From the human T2T-CHM13v2.0 reference genome, Homo sapiens, in the NCBI RefSeq assembly GCF_009914755.1, contig NC_060928.1: DNA of 64,000 nucleotides; one strand, given 5' to 3'. The translations under genes were made by a program, and so were the position numbers. Positions 55,661 to 64,000 of the stretch are shown here, in pieces. Below the pieces are notes generated by a model. That model was not told the DNA's origin and ran no database searches. It saw only the letters and a list, made by a program, of their open reading frames with translations. Numbering within the stretch: the first letter of the stretch is position 1; each line of letters opens with the position of its first letter.

Positions 55661-56796
55661 ATTTCTAGGCCAACCTGAAATCTTCCCAGTGGGTGGATGA
55701 ATGAGAAGAATTGAGGAAATACACCTTCCCCTGTCTCAGGGAAGGAAGAGGATTATGGGCCTGCATTATTACCTTTAGGTCTGAGACACAGTGTGGGTGT
55801 TGGTTATAAGGGAGTTTGCATGCTAATGAATCCTTTTGGAGCTTGCATTCTGTGGAGGGGTAAAGAAATAAGGTTATAAGTGAAGGAGCAATTCCTGTGA
55901 TGCTACAAAAGTCCTCCTGAGCAACAATCTGGCACTTCGAAGGGAGGCAACAAGTTCAGTATAGAAGGACACAGAGACTTTTTCTCTCTCTTTAAATCCT
56001 TATTTCCTTACAGAAATTGCTATTCTACTGCCCTCTAGGAGAAGGCTGCCCAGGACAAGAATTTCCTTGTTAACAAAAATTATGGCCAAAAAACAAAACA
56101 GTAGCAGAGATATTAAAGAAGTATCTGGTTTGGGGAGCTGGGTGGATGATCCTAAATTAATTGAAATTGAAAGGAGATATATGACTGCGTTTTTGGCCTC
56201 TCTTTTACTGTCATCCCAGCCCTTAGGTCATGTTTTATGTTCAAGGCATTGTGATCATCATTCACCTTTGACTGGAAGAGCAAAGTCACTCCTACTGGAC
56301 ATGGGTAAATATAGTAAGACACTTGAAATGCAATGCCCTTGAGAAGCCGGCTTCTTCTATAAGGAGCAACTTTATCTCAATAACAAACAGACAATAAAGG
56401 GAACTCCAGCTGGCCTGATGGGTGTTTTGGAACTCAAACAGCTGCTTCCGGATGTATCATTCCCACCTTTCACAGCCTTTCAGCGGAAATACTTATTGGC
56501 TCACTCAGAGGATAGAAAATCTTTCCAATTAGGCAAGTTGGTGTAAAGGCCTGAGGTGGGAGCTGGCAATGCTTCCCAGAGGAGCCCACCTCGAATGGTA
56601 GCCTGAGTTCACGCTGAATGCAAGGACAGCGCTGTATACAACCGAGGCCTTTAGTCACAGATGTGGGACAGGGGTGCCTTCGATGGGTCTTGCTCATTTT
56701 TTCTGTACTATTCCATATCTAGTATTGGATTCTTTAATTTCTCCAAACCAGCATTTATGAGGAAAAAACACAAATTCTCCCTAGGCAGGCAGTTGT

Positions 56797-56860
56797 AAGT
56801 GTGTGTGTGTATACATCTGTGTGTGTATGTGTGCATATGTGTGTATGCATGTATCTACAT
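56797..56860. repeat. Imperfect (TG)n/(TA)n microsatellite
   Basis: gtgtgtgtgtgtatacatctgtgtgtgtatgtgtgcatatgtgtg. Confidence 0.75.
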
Positions 56861-59063
56861 ATTTGGTGGGAGAGAAGAAAAAGCCAGTCTCCTTCTCCCT
56901 GGAGACTGATTATTTGTAATTATTCAAGACATTTATAAGTAAAAATATTTATAATATTGTTTGAATGGCTCAAACATAAGAAGTAGAAGAGATGTACTAA
57001 AATTAAAAGTGTGTCTTATAAAATGAACTAACTTAGTTTAAAGAGCAGCTAAGTTTAAAGAGCAGCTTTTTTTTCTCTATCACCTGCCTACCATGCCCCA
57101 GCCAACACGATTTGCCAAGGCCAGTGACTCAGCAGAGCGTGCATTCAGCAGCTACTGAATGACAGCCTTGGAACAGTTACTGCAGGTCTCTCCACTCCTA
57201 TGAGCAGTATAGTGACCAATGAGTCATGGATCTTTGCTCTCACTGTTTTCATCTTGAAATGCACACCCACTGCTGTGTGCATTTTTCTGCACGTTTCTAC
57301 ATTGCCTCAGTGTTATAAAACAATGCAGTAAAGGGCTGTTCTAGAGGCTGCCTGAAGTCTTCTGTCTCAAGCCAGCTATTTCCTTATCTGACTTGGCATT
57401 TAAAACAGCTGGATGGCTCTGACAAATGTGTCTTGGAGCTGTGCACCAGGGGTACGTTGCTTTATGATATGATTAAGTAAAAGCATATTCTTTCTCTTGC
57501 ATTGACTTTCTGTGTGCCCTGAACTGAAATCAGTCCAATCAGTAAAATCCTGATGCAGAAAATGATAAACCCCAAGGCTTAACTACTGTTACTGAGAAAG
57601 CCCAAACTCAGCTCCCTTGACACCCTTGAGAGAGTTTACTGTTTACCTGGAAGCCATGAATTTCTCTCCTTGTTGAAAAGCATGCAATTGCCATTAGATG
57701 GAGCTCAATGAAAGAAAAAATAGAGGATGGGCTTTTTCTGGGTTAGAAAGAGGTTTTTCCTGGAAAGTCTATTGGAATTGTTACAGGGGCAGTCTCAGTC
57801 TGGTATGTGTTTCAGAGTTAGCCTCCCTATAAACCCATCAGACAGCTCTGTCCATGCACAACCATAAGCATTAACATCACTAAAACTAGTAAATATGAGA
57901 TATAGGGCCCTAGAAAATTATATAAAAATCCAACAGGATAAGCTAATTTATGTTGTGTTAGAGTTTAGAGCCCAGATTTCCTCATAATTTGTAAAATGAG
58001 ATTTATCTAGTGTGCTTTTATTTCCCTGCTCCTCAATCATCCTCACCACCAGGAGGCTTGGTGTTCATACATGAAGAAAGCTAGTCAAAGAGATGTATAG
58101 CCTGGGAAAAGAAAGGTAACCTAGTATTCATGTTGGAATGAAGTTTCCAGTCTGGCTTTGTGCAAGGATGGGCATGATGGCTGAGCCAACTACTGCAAGA
58201 TTGTTCCCTTTTGCTTTATGGCTGGGATCAAATCAGAACATGGGTGGTCCTATGTAACAGGAAAAATGTGTGTCTTATGGGAAAAAGCCAATGCTTGTAT
58301 TGTAACCATTTATATGTCATTAAGTGACACTGGGAATTTTCGAAGGACATTTCACTAAAGAACTTCTGCATGCTGAGATTTTATATTATCATGAGATCAA
58401 AACATCAAGGGAAAGAAAATATAAATAAATAACTTTACTGCATTTATTTATGTTCATATTAAACCATAGAAAGAGATTTGTAAACTATAAACAATGAAGA
58501 CACTATGGATTTAAAATTGGATTTGGTTCTATAAACTGATTTGCATCAATAAGTTTTTAAAAGAAAGCTTTTTTCTCCTTTTTCAATGTGTGTATACATA
58601 TGATTCTTCCAGCAATGCAGGGACTGCCCATTTGTCCTTTTCTTCCACCCCATATATATCACCTGACACAGCAGAAGATATCTGCCTTTGAAACATTTGT
58701 TTGTAAATCAAAATATATTTTAATTGCATTGGAATGGTCTTTATTACACTGTTGGGAGTAACTTCACAAGCAAAACATCTTTTAAGGAGTGAATAATGAA
58801 GCCATAGTAAGTCTTTTACTATACATAGGAGTTTATATGCTAAATGTGCATAAAGCCAAATAGTCCACAGAGTCATAAATTGTGGTACCCTCTTACATAT
58901 ATGACAGACATCCCCAGACTAGCCAATTAGCTCATGCATTCCAGAAAGATGTACCAGACATCCTCAAAGACTCATGCTTGGGAACTTAAGGAACCAGAGG
59001 GAACTCCGGCAAAGTAAAACCACCTGTTCTCATTCGATAGGCCTCAGTTGAGGATCTCACTCA

Positions 59064-59212
59064 CCTTTGCTCCTCACATCCTGATTCTCATTCTGAAAAC
59101 AACTATCTATCTGGCTTTGAGTCTATACTCAAAAACACATGCCTTTGCTCACATCCTGATTTTCACTTTGAAAACAACTATCTACCTGGCTTTGAGTCTA
59201 TATCCAAAAACA
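59064..59212. repeat. 2 x ~75-bp tandem duplication
   Basis: cctttgctc..acatcctgatt..tgaaaacaactatcta.ctggctttgagtctata..caaaaaca at 59064 and 59142. Confidence 0.92.
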
Positions 59213-59557
59213 AAGGTGGTGAGGTATCAGGAAACAATGGACCTCCTACCGAGCCTCCAGGAGGATATTTCCTCCCAAACGATAAAGGAAGAAATTTCAA
59301 GGGGAAGGAGGGCAAGGTAGAAGGAGAGGAAGACAATACAGCATAGGATGTTGTGTATTAGCCCATGATTCAACATTAGACTCATCAGTAAGTGCCTGCG
59401 TGGAAGGTTAATTTAGATTTCTATTTCTGCATTTAACGTCTTTTAAAAAGAAAAAAAACGTTGACTCCTCAAGACTCAGTGACAAACTGGGGAGAGAAAG
59501 AAGAGGATCAATGATGGTATTGGGTTCCCGACTTGGATTACAAATGGATGGTGGTGT

Positions 59558-60114
59558 TGTTACAGAAAAGGAGTCCTAATCCAGACCCCAAGAGAGGGTT
59601 CTTAGCTCTCACACAAAAAGAATTCAGGGCGAGTTCACAGTGCAAAGTGAAAGCAAGCAAGTTTATTAACAAAGTAAAGGGATAAAAGAATGGCTACTCC
59701 ACAGACAGAGCAGCCCTAAGGGCTGCTTGTTGCCCATTTTTATGGTTACTTCTTGATGATATGCTAAATAAGGTGTGGATTATTCATGCCTTCCCTTTTT
59801 AGACCATATAGGGTAACTTCCTGACATTACCATGGCATTTGTAAACTGTTTTGGTGCTGGAGGGAGTGTAGCAGTGAGGACAACCAGAGGTCACTCTCAT
59901 CACCACTTTGGTCTTGGTGGATTTTGGCCAGCTCCTTTATTGCAACCCATTTTATCAGCAAGGTCTTTATGACCTGTATTTTGTGCTGAACTCCTATCTC
60001 ATACTATGACTTGGAATGCCTTAACTGTCTGGGAATGCAGCCCAGTAGGTTTCAGCCTCATTTTACCCAGCTCCTATTTAAGATGGAGTTGTTCTGGTTC
60101 ACATGCCTCTGACA
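59558..60114 (-). mobile_element. MER41A LTR (3' LTR of a provirus)
   Basis: Minus strand reads tgtcagaggcatgtgaaccagaacaactccatctt...ggtctaaaaagggaaggcatgaataatcc...taaca and is preceded by polypurine tract aaaagggaggggggaa. Confidence 0.9.

Positions 60115-64000
<3,886 letters not shown>

Noticed and set aside
56028-56042. CTCF-like motif ctgccctctaggag
   Set aside because: Mismatched at conserved core positions (expected ..CTAGTGG); too weak alone.
59048-59320. 90-aa ORF with a repeated hydrophobic peptide
   Set aside because: Non-ATG start; the repeat simply reflects the 75-bp DNA duplication.

Overview
Repeat-dominated primate (human-like) intergenic or intronic DNA; roughly 60% is recognisable transposable-element sequence (estimated by eye). 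It holds two decayed full-length L1s (L1PA11/12-like at 4.1-10.4 kb, L1PA7-like at 32.2-38.6 kb), older L1 copies, about ten Alus, a complete THE1A LTR-int-LTR element, a dense LTR cluster at 47.8-52.1 kb, and a MER41A provirus running off the right end. L2, MIR and DNA-transposon fragments fill the gaps. I see no intact protein-coding gene, RNA gene, CRISPR array or new biological system; the listed ORFs are TE remnants or chance ORFs. Subfamily names come from recalled consensus motifs, not a database search. The best leads are a perfect 24-bp palindrome created inside L1 ORF2, nested insertions with TSDs, microhomology deletions, candidate minus-strand non-coding exons and a motif-rich unique segment at 56.3-57.3 kb.
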